Assembly (NCBI GenBank): GCA_041690595.1
Contig: JAWLHB010000035.1
Span: forward strand, 1 to 64,000
DNA from: Lentisphaeria bacterium
GTDB taxonomy: Bacteria > Verrucomicrobiota > Lentisphaeria > JABSQK01 > JAWLHB01
Direction: 5' to 3'
DNA: 64,000 nucleotides
The position numbers and the translations under genes are program-made. Shown piece by piece: positions 1-9,315 of the stretch (its first letter is position 1; each line of letters begins with the position of its first letter). Below the pieces are notes generated by a model. That model did not search any database and was not told the origin of the DNA. It was given only the letters and a program-made list of their open reading frames with translations.

Positions 1-79
1 TCACTATTTCGCCAGAAATGAAACCGCTTGAGCCTGTGGTCCGCACAAAAGGCTCAAAAATCGCCATTTCAGCCGTCAC

Positions 80-1504
80 TTATGCTGAAGTTGGGCTAGT
101 GTGCATGAAGTTCCACTTCGTGAAAACGTGCGTCATGGACGGTCCACTCACAAATAACGGAATGCTGTTGGGTTGCGGCGCAGTCTCCCACGGCGATATG
201 CTCTTCATTCCCGTCAAGTTGTAATCCAGAAGTCGCAGATCGCCCTTCGCAACCTCTGCCAGCAGGCGACCATAGAGGGCCTGAAACGATTCCGAGAAGT
301 CCCGATTTCCCAGCTCTGCATCCTGGCACCATTCATCGTGCGAATCCGTCAGATACGCCACCGGCTGCCAGTCGATTGCATGCCCAGCTCGTGAGAGGGC
401 GTCCACGCACCAGCGATAATCCACCCACTCTGCCCACCCGAAGGGGAGCGGCTCCGGGCGCAGCCGAAACTCCGGCAGTTGAGCAAGCGCCCAGATGGCC
501 GCCTGGCCCTGAGTCGTGGCGCCATAGTACTGATCCAGGCTGTTTACGTAGCCGAAGGTTGGCGCCTTGGCCAGTGGAAACCGATTCCAACCCTCCTCCT
601 CCCCGATCGAACGGGCCACTACGGAGATGCCGGCTGCATTCCCGGATTCCAGGAGTGCCAGATTCCACTTGGCCAGTTCCTGGAACAGCCACCATCTGGA
701 ACTGGAAGTCTCTTTCTGCCCCATCTGATCGATAGTCTCCTGATGGCTCTGCACCATGCGTTCCCAGATCCGGGCGCTCTTTGTCAACTGGTACATCCAA
801 AGCAGATCGACCCTCAGCAGTCGAGGCTCCTCTTCCATCGCCAGGATGAGTTCCTCGTCCACCTCCCCGAGTTTCTGCGAGAGCAACAGAGCGAAGCGCC
901 ATGAATGCCCACTGTAGCCGGCAACGAGGCGCCCATCCTGAAGAATCGAACGCCTCAACAAGGTCCACATTCGGCGAGCGTCCTTCTCGTCTAAGTCTCC
1001 AATATAGGGACGCAGGAACTCACACAAACTATTGATAAAGTACCGATAGTGCAGGCACGGCAGATCCGACCCGAGGAGACGGTAGAATGCCTCGATCTCC
1101 GCCGAAAGCACAATGGGCATCTTGTCGTCGGCAACGGTTGCGTTCTTATCCAGCAGATCATTGAGAAAATTGGTCGAGGAGATCAGATACCGGTCGGTGA
1201 GCCCCGCATAATCGGCTTGATGCATCGTCCAGGTTCCAATAACATCGTCCACAAGCACTTGAGGATCGACGTAGAGCCTGAGCACGGTAATATCCCCCTG
1301 AGGCTGGCATGGATTCAACCTCCTTCCACCTATGTAAGGCCGCTCCCCTGCACCCCGAGTATACCCAATAGAGGAAGCAACAATACTTTCGCCAGCCTCA
1401 TCGAGGTACGACCAGAGCGCCCCAGGCGAATCAAACTCAACGACTATCAGCTGCTCGGCATGGGCGACGGCAATGGTGAGCAACATGACGAGGATCAGTC
1501 TCAC
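80..1504 (-). CDS. Hypothetical secreted protein
   Basis: Long ORF. GTG at 1504 follows GGAG and opens a signal-peptide-like VRLILVMLLTIAVAHA. No family motif recognised; visibly lower GC than downstream genes. Confidence 0.6.
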   Translation of the reverse strand: MRLILVMLLTIAVAHAEQLIVVEFDSPGALWSYLDEAGESIVASSIGYTRGAGERPYIGGRRLNPCQPQGDITVLRLYVDPQVLVDDVIGTWTMHQADYAGLTDRYLISSTNFLNDLLDKNATVADDKMPIVLSAEIEAFYRLLGSDLPCLHYRYFINSLCEFLRPYIGDLDEKDARRMWTLLRRSILQDGRLVAGYSGHSWRFALLLSQKLGEVDEELILAMEEEPRLLRVDLLWMYQLTKSARIWERMVQSHQETIDQMGQKETSSSRWWLFQELAKWNLALLESGNAAGISVVARSIGEEEGWNRFPLAKAPTFGYVNSLDQYYGATTQGQAAIWALAQLPEFRLRPEPLPFGWAEWVDYRWCVDALSRAGHAIDWQPVAYLTDSHDEWCQDAELGNRDFSESFQALYGRLLAEVAKGDLRLLDYNLTGMKSISPWETAPQPNSIPLFVSGPSMTHVFTKWNFMHTSPTSA

Positions 1505-2005
1505 ATGGCACTCCGGGGTGACAGACTTTGAAGAATGACAGGATTCAGCATAAGGATAGCCGCGAAATTCCACCTGTCCAGCGAGACTCGGAGACGCGGG
1601 CGCGGCTGGCCGCTGAGCAACGGCCGGAACGTGACCGATGAGGGAGACGAGGGGAAGGGAGGGGGCAAGGCGTTGGGGAGGGGCAACGCGAATGCTGTGC
1701 CACTCAGGCGAGTGGCGTTTCCTTGGCTGGGCCAGCGGGAGAAGCTAGAGCTGCATTGCCGTAGGGAGGCTGTCGAGGTGATCGAATGAATCACCAAATC
1801 GATTCCGTCGAATCCGTCGAGAGCGAGCCCCGTGTGAAGGGCTACGGCCCTAATTTGGGCCGTTGTCCCCTACGGCCTTTTCTTTGAGCGGCCCAGCGGT
1901 GGGGGGCACCGGCAATTTTTCTGGGTGGCTTTCATCTTCTGGGAAGGGGGTGCATACTACGTAAACGCGTGGCATAACCCTTTCTGGTGGTAGATGGAGG
2001 CAACG

Positions 2006-3121
2006 ATGAGCAAGAAGCGCACAGTGGCGATCCTTTGCGGTGGACAGTCGGCGGAGCACGAAGTGTCCCTGCAGTCGGCGTATGGGGTGGTGGGGGCGAT
2101 CGATCGGTCGAAATACCAGGTGATCGTGATCGGGATCGATCAGGGAGGGCAGTGGATGGCCTTTCCGCCAGACCATTTCGTGGTGCATGCCAACAATCCG
2201 GAGGAGATCGCCTTGCGGGCGGATGGGGCGCTGGTGGTGCTGGTGCCAACGCCGCATGGACCGCGGCTGCGCCGACTGGACGGTACGGGCGAGGAGGTCA
2301 TCATTGACGCGGTCTTCCCGGTGCTGCATGGAACCTTCGCGGAGGACGGAACGGTGCAGGGGCTGCTGAAGCTGGTCGGGATGCCTTTCGTGGGGGCGGG
2401 CGTACTGGGGTCGGCGGTGGGCATGGACAAGGATGTGATGAAGCGGCTGCTGCGGGACGCGGGGCTGCCGATTCCGCCGTTCCTGGTCTTCACGCGGGAA
2501 GCGAAGGAGCGGATCAGTTTTCTGGCGGTGGAGGCGGCGCTGGGCCTGCCGGTCTTTGTGAAACCGTGCAACCTGGGATCATCGGTTGGCATTCACAAAG
2601 TGCAGACTTCCGCGGATCTGGCGATTGCGGTCGATGATGCCTTTCAGTATGATCGCAAGATCATCATCGAGAGCTTCGTGAAAGGGCGTGAGATCGAGTG
2701 TGCGGTGCTGGGCAATCGGATGGCGTCGGCTTCAGTGCCGGGTGAGGTGAAGCCTTCGGACAAGCATGGCCACTATTCGTACGAGGCAAAGTACTTGGAC
2801 CCGAACGGCGCCTCGCTGCATATTCCGGCGGAGCTGCCCGAGGAGACGGCGGAGCGGGTTCGCGAACTCGCGGTCAAGGTCTTCCAGGTGTTGGATTGCG
2901 AGGGGCTTGGCCGGGTGGATCTCTTCCTGAAGGAGGACGGCGAGCTGATCGTGAACGAGATCAACACGCTCCCGGGCTTCACTCCGATCAGCATGTATCC
3001 AAAGCTCTGGGAGGCGAGCGGCCTGCCGTACACCAAGTTGATCGATCGCCTCTTCCAGTTGGCTTGGGAACGGGCAGCTGAAGAGAACGAGTTGGAGCGC
3101 TCCCTCCCGAAGCCACCTTGA
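2006..3121 (+). CDS. ddl: D-alanine--D-alanine ligase (DdlA-like)
   Basis: GGQSAEHEVSL, FPVLHGTFAEDGTVQG, MDKDVMK, FVKPCNLGSSVG, omega loop YSYEAKY, NEINTLPGFTPISMYP. GGAGG RBS before ATG 2006. Confidence 0.96.
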   Translation: MSKKRTVAILCGGQSAEHEVSLQSAYGVVGAIDRSKYQVIVIGIDQGGQWMAFPPDHFVVHANNPEEIALRADGALVVLVPTPHGPRLRRLDGTGEEVIIDAVFPVLHGTFAEDGTVQGLLKLVGMPFVGAGVLGSAVGMDKDVMKRLLRDAGLPIPPFLVFTREAKERISFLAVEAALGLPVFVKPCNLGSSVGIHKVQTSADLAIAVDDAFQYDRKIIIESFVKGREIECAVLGNRMASASVPGEVKPSDKHGHYSYEAKYLDPNGASLHIPAELPEETAERVRELAVKVFQVLDCEGLGRVDLFLKEDGELIVNEINTLPGFTPISMYPKLWEASGLPYTKLIDRLFQLAWERAAEENELERSLPKPP

Positions 3122-3135
3122 GCGCAAGGAGTGAC

Positions 3136-4083
3136 ATGGACGACGATCCACAACGGCAGGAGCCGGCGCCCGAGGAGAGCGATGGGGTCGAGGAGGAACT
3201 CTCCCCGCAGATCGTGCCGGTGCCGAGCGTACACAAGGCGAGGGAGTGGCTGACGGTGCTGGCGGCGGCGGATATCCCGGCTTTTCGGCGGCGACACCCG
3301 GAGCGCGGATGGGAGGTCGTGATCGCGGATGCGAAGGAGGTGGAGGCGGCGAGGCAGGAGTTGGCGGAGTATGAACGCGAGTCGCGCCACTGGCCGCCGG
3401 CGTGGACCTTGCCCGGGGATTCGGGGGAGCATCAGAGTGGGGCGAGCATCGGGGTCAGCTTCGCGCTGGCGTTGTTCTTCCTGATAACGGGGCCCTACTC
3501 GTCCCAGTCGCCCTGGTTTCAGACGGGCAGGACGGATGCGGAGCTGGTGCTGGGAGGCGAGTGGTGGCGGATCGTCACGGCGCTGACCCTGCATTCGGAT
3601 TTCGCGCACATGGCGGGCAACGCCATCGCGCTGGCGTTCATCGGGAGCGCCGTCTGTCGGCGGCTGGGCGAAGGGGCGGGATGGATGCTGATCCTGGGCA
3701 GCGGCATGCTGGGAAACCTGGCGACGGAGCTGAGCTATCGTACCACCCACGTGGCAGTCGGGGCCTCGACGGCCGTCTTCGGCGCGCTGGGGCTGCTCGC
3801 CGGAATTCGCCTGGCAGAGTACATATCGCGACGCGGACCGCTGACGTGGCGGGGGCTGGGGCTGCCGCTTCTGGTGGTGGCGGCGATGTTCAGCTTCATG
3901 GGGATGAGTCCGGGGGCGGACTTGATGGCTCACTTTTTCGGGGCGGTGGCGGGTGTCATTCTCGGAGTGCCGGGGATGTGGCTGATGCGCTGGCGCCAAC
4001 GGAATTCGTATCAACTGACAACTGGCGTGCTGGCGGCGGCGATCGTGGTGATGGCATGGACTGCCGGTTTCTACTTTACCTGA
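3136..4083 (+). CDS. Rhomboid-family intramembrane serine protease
   Basis: WWRIVTALTLH, HMAGN, catalytic GASTAVFG and AHFFG, several TM helices, soluble N-terminal extension. AAGGAG RBS. Confidence 0.9.
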   Translation: MDDDPQRQEPAPEESDGVEEELSPQIVPVPSVHKAREWLTVLAAADIPAFRRRHPERGWEVVIADAKEVEAARQELAEYERESRHWPPAWTLPGDSGEHQSGASIGVSFALALFFLITGPYSSQSPWFQTGRTDAELVLGGEWWRIVTALTLHSDFAHMAGNAIALAFIGSAVCRRLGEGAGWMLILGSGMLGNLATELSYRTTHVAVGASTAVFGALGLLAGIRLAEYISRRGPLTWRGLGLPLLVVAAMFSFMGMSPGADLMAHFFGAVAGVILGVPGMWLMRWRQRNSYQLTTGVLAAAIVVMAWTAGFYFT

Positions 4084-4096
4084 ACCCAAGAGGAGT

Positions 4097-5677
4097 ATGG
4101 CCATGAGCGCCAAGCCACTGCTGATCTTTCATATCGACCTCAACTTCACCTGCCTGCGCGAGGAGTACCTGGCGCACTGGATCGAGCGGCTCGCGGGGAT
4201 GGGATACAACGCGCTGCTGTGGGAGCTGGAGGACAAGGTGCAGTGGGAGCATTGCCCCGAGGTGGTCTGGCCCGAGGCGCTGAGCAAGACGAGTTTTCGG
4301 CGACTTCTGCGCCAGGCGGAGGCATTGGGTATGCGGAATATCCCGCTCCTGCAGACGATCGGCCACGCGGAGTACGTGCTCAAGCACAAGCGGTATGCGG
4401 GAATGCGCGAGCAGCCCGCCTTCATCGACTGCTACTGCACTTCCAAGCCCGAGGTGCGCACCTTCCTGAAGGCGTGGATCGAAGAGTTCCTCGACCTCTT
4501 CGGCGAGAGCCTGGAGTACTTTCATCTCGGTGGCGATGAGGCGTATCGCTTCGCATCCTGCCCGACCTGCAAGAGGGCCGCGGAGACGCGGGGGCGCAAT
4601 GCTCTCTACGCGGAGCATGTGGCGGAGCTGGCGGAGCCGATTCTGGCGAGGGGCGTGCGGCCCGGCATCTGGTGCGACATGGTCCTCGCCCATCCCGAGC
4701 AGATGGAGGCGATACCCGACACCTTCGTCATCTGGGACTGGAACTACTGGGACGGGGTGGAACCGCCTGAGAAGGTGCGGCTGTGGGGCGCGGGGCTGAA
4801 GGCGCCGGAGGCCATGACCGCCGCCGAGCGTGAAGCATGGCCCGACATCATGGACGAAGCCGGCAAGCTGGTTCCCTTCTACACCTCCGATTTCCTGCAG
4901 CGCAATGGTCGCGATACGATCATCAGCAGTGCCACGCGCAGCCATGGCGACTCCGTGGCCTGCGGGCAGCACAACGTCCACGCTCCGAACGTCACCGGCG
5001 CGGCCCGGAAGGCGGCGCGGCGGGGGATGCTGGGCACCTGCGTCACGAGTTGGGCGATCCGGCTGCACAATCTGGAGACGCAAGCGCCGTGGATCGACCT
5101 GGCCGCTCGCGGCTGGCGTCAACCCGAGGCGGATTTCGAGGCACTGCTGCACGACAGCGCGCAGGGCTGCTTCGGTCTGGATGGAACCGGCATCTTCGAG
5201 GCGATCGACGCTATCGGTACGCCGCTGCCGATGACCGTGACGCGGGAGGTGGGGTTGCAGGTGAACGGGCTCAAGGATCCGGTGCCGGCGCCGCCCGGCT
5301 ACCTGCGCGCCCTGTTGGCCGAATACGGGGCGGAGGGACTGTCGCGCAAGCGGGAGTCGCTGGTTCAAGGCATGGCGACGGTGCGGCGGGGCATGGCGAC
5401 CCTCCATGAGTTGATGCCACTGGCGACGCGGGGGCTGGACGATCTGCACGCTTGGAGCAAGGCCGGCCAGATGCAGCTCTGGATGGGTGCTCTCGGCCTG
5501 GCGGTGATCGATCATGCTTCTGGCGCGACCATCGACCTGCCTGCCTGGCAGGCCCTTGCGGAGAGCCTGCAGGTGGAGTATCGGAGCTGGTCGGAGCGCT
5601 GGCTGACACCCCAATCGGCCGCGCACACGGCCGCACTCGTCTTCGATCCCGTCCGGGAGTATCTCGCGCAGGCGTGA
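4097..5677 (+). CDS. Glycoside hydrolase family 20-like (beta-hexosaminidase-like)
   Basis: FHIDLN, IPLLQTIGHAEYVLKH, catalytic FHLGGDEA, IWCDM, WDWNY. No signal peptide. Confidence 0.8.
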   Translation: MAMSAKPLLIFHIDLNFTCLREEYLAHWIERLAGMGYNALLWELEDKVQWEHCPEVVWPEALSKTSFRRLLRQAEALGMRNIPLLQTIGHAEYVLKHKRYAGMREQPAFIDCYCTSKPEVRTFLKAWIEEFLDLFGESLEYFHLGGDEAYRFASCPTCKRAAETRGRNALYAEHVAELAEPILARGVRPGIWCDMVLAHPEQMEAIPDTFVIWDWNYWDGVEPPEKVRLWGAGLKAPEAMTAAEREAWPDIMDEAGKLVPFYTSDFLQRNGRDTIISSATRSHGDSVACGQHNVHAPNVTGAARKAARRGMLGTCVTSWAIRLHNLETQAPWIDLAARGWRQPEADFEALLHDSAQGCFGLDGTGIFEAIDAIGTPLPMTVTREVGLQVNGLKDPVPAPPGYLRALLAEYGAEGLSRKRESLVQGMATVRRGMATLHELMPLATRGLDDLHAWSKAGQMQLWMGALGLAVIDHASGATIDLPAWQALAESLQVEYRSWSERWLTPQSAAHTAALVFDPVREYLAQA

Positions 5678-6547
5678 TCAGCCGTCGATGTTGAAGAAAA
5701 TGCGCATGAGGTAACCGATGCCGAAGCTGACCGCCGCCACGGAGAGGCTGAGCAGCGTCATCTCGATGAAGCGGCGCTTGAACTTCAGATCCTGAGCGAC
5801 GGAGATGTAGTAGTTGAAGAGAAAGATGATGCCGATGGCAATGACAATGGAGCAGATCAAGGCGATGAAGGGCGTTTCCTGCATGAGAAGAAAGGGCATG
5901 ATCAGCGCCACAACCGTGATCAGGTAGGCGACACCGGTATAGATGGCGGCGCGCACCGGGCCTTTATCGTTGTCCTCCGTCTTGGTCGAGAGGTACTCGG
6001 AGGCGCCCATCGAGAGGGCGGCCGCGATGCCGGTAACGGTGCCGACCATGGCGATGAGGCGGCCATCCTGAAGAGCCAGCGTGAGGCCGGCCAGGGCGCC
6101 CGTAAGCTCGACCAGCGCATCGTTGATGCCGAGAACGACGGAGCCGGTATACTTCAGGAGGTCTTCATCGAACATGCCGAGCAGCGTATCCTCGTGCTCC
6201 TGTTCTTCACGGGCCATTTCGCCCGCCTCCACGGGACTCTCCAGGAACTGGTCGTAATCGTGCTGGGCACCGGCTTCGCCCCGTTCCATGAGCTTGATGC
6301 CGAAGGTGACGCCGAAGATGCGGGCGATCCAGAAAAAGAGGAAAATGCGCCAGCGATCCGGCTTGACCGCGACGCCCGAGATCTCCATCCAGACCCGGTA
6401 ATGGCGAAGCTCATCCTCGGCGATTCGGTTGAGGACGTTGCGGTTGTTTTCGTCCTTCATGAGCCTGGCCAGGCGCTTGTAAACATGATATTCGGTGATC
6501 TCATTGCGCTGGAAGGCGCGCACCCGGAGTCGAGTCTCGTCATTCAT
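5678..6547 (-). CDS. Rubrerythrin/ferritin-like domain fused to VIT1/CCC1 iron transporter
   Basis: N-terminal EITE...EDELRH and EEQEHE di-iron-like motifs; C-terminal VLGINDALVELTGALAG, ALSMGASEYLS and TM helices. Confidence 0.9.
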   Translation of the reverse strand: MNDETRLRVRAFQRNEITEYHVYKRLARLMKDENNRNVLNRIAEDELRHYRVWMEISGVAVKPDRWRIFLFFWIARIFGVTFGIKLMERGEAGAQHDYDQFLESPVEAGEMAREEQEHEDTLLGMFDEDLLKYTGSVVLGINDALVELTGALAGLTLALQDGRLIAMVGTVTGIAAALSMGASEYLSTKTEDNDKGPVRAAIYTGVAYLITVVALIMPFLLMQETPFIALICSIVIAIGIIFLFNYYISVAQDLKFKRRFIEMTLLSLSVAAVSFGIGYLMRIFFNIDG

Positions 6548-6739
6548 GGGGAAAGTGCAATCCTCTGCTAGCTCACGTTGAAACGTGCAATGTGTCTCGA
6601 CTTGACCGCAAAGTCAAGAGGGTGCCGTTCCCCGCATCCCCTGACGGAGAAGACGCCCGCGCTCACGCGTTGCCCGCGGGGGGCATTCGCGCTATTGGTA
6701 ATGATCCTTCATCGTATCCGCCTGAACAGAGGAGTGGGC

Positions 6740-8245
6740 ATGGACGCATCGAGCGAGCTGAGAGTACGCCTTCGGGAAATTGACGATCTGGAGAAATGTG
6801 CCGCCCTCCTTTACTGGGATCAGGCGACGAAGATGCCGGCCGCCGCGGCAGAGAGTCGCGGCCGTCGCATGGGCATGCTGCAGTGCCTCGCGCACGACCG
6901 CCTTACGGATCCGAAGCTGGCCAGGCTCCTGCACCGCGCGGAGCAGAACGCCGGCGCCGGGGATGAAGCGCTGCTGCGCATTGCCCGGCGGGATATCGAG
7001 CGCGCCACCCGCATTCCCAGGCAGCTGGTCGATGCCATGACGGAGCATCAGGCCAAGGCTTACATGGTCTGGACGCAGGCGCGGCCGGCCAATGACTTTG
7101 CTACCCTGGCGCCGATATTGCGGAAGACCCTCGATCTGACGCGCCGCAAGGTCGATTGCTTTCCCGCGGCCGAACATCCACTCGATCCGCTTATCGATGA
7201 GGCGGATCCGGGAATGACCGCCGGGCAGGTACGCCATCTTTTCGAGCGTTTCCGCACCAGGCTCGTGCCGTTGATCGCCGCCATCGCCGAAAAACCGCCC
7301 ATCGACGACAGTTGCCTGAAGGGCCATTTTCCAGCCTTCCTTCAGCTTGCCGCCGCGGAGGATATCATTCGCGAGCTGGGCTACGATTTCGACCGCGGGC
7401 GAAGCGATCCGACGCATCATCCTTTCATGATCCGGCTCGACGCTCACGACATCCGCATCACCACCCGCGTGAACGAAGCGTTCCTGCGTGAAGGCATTTT
7501 CGGCACCATTCATGAAGCCGGGCATGCCATCTACGAGCAGGGGATCGATCCCGCGCTGGAGGGCACCCCGCTGGCCACCGGCACCTCCTGCGGCGTCCAT
7601 GAGAGCCAATCCCGCCTCTGGGAGAACCTGATCGGCAGAAGCCGTCCCTTCTGGCACCATTTCTACCCGCTGCTGGCAAAGGTTTTTCCAGCGCAACTGG
7701 CGGCTGTTCCCGAGGAACGTTTTCATCGCGCCATCAACCGCGTGCAGCCATCGCTTATTCGGGTGGATGCAGACGAACTCACCTACAATCTGCACATCAT
7801 GATCCGATTCGATCTCGAGGATGCGCTGCTCAGTGACACCCTGAGCATCGACGAGCTGCCGGAAGCGTGGAACGCGCGCTACGCCGCGGACCTTGGGGTG
7901 ACGCCGCCGGATTTTCGCGATGGGGTCCTGCAGGATGTGCATTGGTTCGTGCACACGATCGGCGGCTATTTCCAGGGATATGCTCTGGGCAACCTGATCG
8001 GGGCGCAGCTTCTGGCGACAGCCAGACAGATCATGCCCGATCTCGACGAGGATCTGGCCGCCGGTCGCTTCGCGCCATTGCGCGCGTGGCTCACCGAAGC
8101 CGTCTACCGTCATGGACGCGGCCGCGATCCACACGACTTGGTCCAGGAGGTCACCGGAAAGCCCCTCGACATCGACGATTATGTGACCTACGCCCGCTCC
8201 AAGTACGCGGAGCTTTACGGGCTTCAGCCCGAAGCGTTCAGCTGA
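6740..8245 (+). CDS. Carboxypeptidase family M32 (Taq-like)
   Basis: LYWDQ, HPF, DIRITTR, HEAGH zinc motif, HESQS, IRVDADE, GVLQDVHW. GAGGAG RBS before 6740. Confidence 0.95.
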   Translation: MDASSELRVRLREIDDLEKCAALLYWDQATKMPAAAAESRGRRMGMLQCLAHDRLTDPKLARLLHRAEQNAGAGDEALLRIARRDIERATRIPRQLVDAMTEHQAKAYMVWTQARPANDFATLAPILRKTLDLTRRKVDCFPAAEHPLDPLIDEADPGMTAGQVRHLFERFRTRLVPLIAAIAEKPPIDDSCLKGHFPAFLQLAAAEDIIRELGYDFDRGRSDPTHHPFMIRLDAHDIRITTRVNEAFLREGIFGTIHEAGHAIYEQGIDPALEGTPLATGTSCGVHESQSRLWENLIGRSRPFWHHFYPLLAKVFPAQLAAVPEERFHRAINRVQPSLIRVDADELTYNLHIMIRFDLEDALLSDTLSIDELPEAWNARYAADLGVTPPDFRDGVLQDVHWFVHTIGGYFQGYALGNLIGAQLLATARQIMPDLDEDLAAGRFAPLRAWLTEAVYRHGRGRDPHDLVQEVTGKPLDIDDYVTYARSKYAELYGLQPEAFS

Positions 8246-8366
8246 CGGGGCGTTGTGGCGGCGCTGGCATTCCGGCTCCGGGCCGGTACCTTTCTCTCCG
8301 TTTGCCGAGGGGACCGGCGGTCTCTCGGGGTATCTATTCACCACATGCGTGCGGAGAGAGAGGCGG

Positions 8367-9296
8367 ATGGGCAGGATGCTTGGATTCATGCAGCGGCATT
8401 TCTGGTTGCCCATGGCGCTGGCGCTGGTGGGAGGCTTGCTGCTGCCGGGGATCGGCGAAGAGCTGAAGCCCACCTTCAAGCCGGCTCTCCTGATCATCCT
8501 GACTCTGGTCTTCACGCGGATCGACCTGCTCGAGGTGCTTCACCACATCCGCAATCCAAGGCTGATGGCGTACCTGCTGGTGGCGAAGCTGGTGGTGATC
8601 CCGCTGCTGCTCTACATGGTGCTGCTGCCTCTGGCTCCCGCCATGGCGATTGGCGTGCTGCTCCTGGCAGCGGCGCCTCCGGCCGCCTCCGCGCCCGTCT
8701 TCTGTGACCTTGTGCGGGGCAATACGGCCCTGTGCGTCTCCTTCTACATACTCTGCTACCTGGTGGCCCCGTTCACGGTGACGGCGGTCATGGGCGTCAC
8801 CGGCCTGGCATCGTTGGATCTGACTGGGCTCTTTCGGTCGATCACGCTGCTCATCTTTCTGCCCATGCTCATTGCGCTGATGGGCAAGCGCTGGTGCCCC
8901 CGGCTGATTGCCCGGACCCGCGACCACTACGGTGGCATCAATCTGCTGGTGGTCACCTACCTGATCTTCGCGGTGGTCTCCGCGTTGGCCTCCAGGATGC
9001 GGCAGGATCTGGTCTCCGTCGCGGGCATCGTGATCGTACTCTACCTGGTCTTCGCCCTCCTGCACGGCATCGGCTACCTGCTGGTGAAGTGGCGCCCCCC
9101 AGCCGATCGGCTGGCAGTCTCCGTCGCCACCGCTTACATGAACACTGCACTGGCGGTGGTGCTGGCGATCGACTTCTTCCCGCCCGAGGTGGTCGTGGTC
9201 GCGGTCGCCTCGGAAGTGCCCTGGTGCACCATGCTGGGGCCCTTCAAATGGCTGCACCACCGCCTCTCCTTTCGCCATGTCGAGCAGCCTTCCTGA
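8367..9296 (+). CDS. Bile acid:sodium symporter (BASS) family transporter
   Basis: About 9-10 hydrophobic segments, GVLLLAAAPPA, RGNTAL, YMNTALA. Start uncertain (8367, 8376 or 8388). Confidence 0.8.
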   Translation: MGRMLGFMQRHFWLPMALALVGGLLLPGIGEELKPTFKPALLIILTLVFTRIDLLEVLHHIRNPRLMAYLLVAKLVVIPLLLYMVLLPLAPAMAIGVLLLAAAPPAASAPVFCDLVRGNTALCVSFYILCYLVAPFTVTAVMGVTGLASLDLTGLFRSITLLIFLPMLIALMGKRWCPRLIARTRDHYGGINLLVVTYLIFAVVSALASRMRQDLVSVAGIVIVLYLVFALLHGIGYLLVKWRPPADRLAVSVATAYMNTALAVVLAIDFFPPEVVVVAVASEVPWCTMLGPFKWLHHRLSFRHVEQPS

Positions 9297-9315
9297 CCGC
9301 GGCGCCTGCGAGGGG

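Noticed and set aside
1..80. attC site or intrinsic terminator after the orphan gene
   Set aside because: No RYYYAAC...GTTRRRY boundaries, and no U-tract follows the hairpin on either strand.
2006..3121. Possible Van-type D-Ala-D-Lac ligase
   Set aside because: Omega loop has Tyr (YSYEAKY) as in D-Ala-D-Ala ligases, and no vanH, vanX, vanR or vanS neighbours are present.
6692..8515. 607-aa minus-strand ORF
   Set aside because: Antisense to the motif-supported M32 carboxypeptidase.
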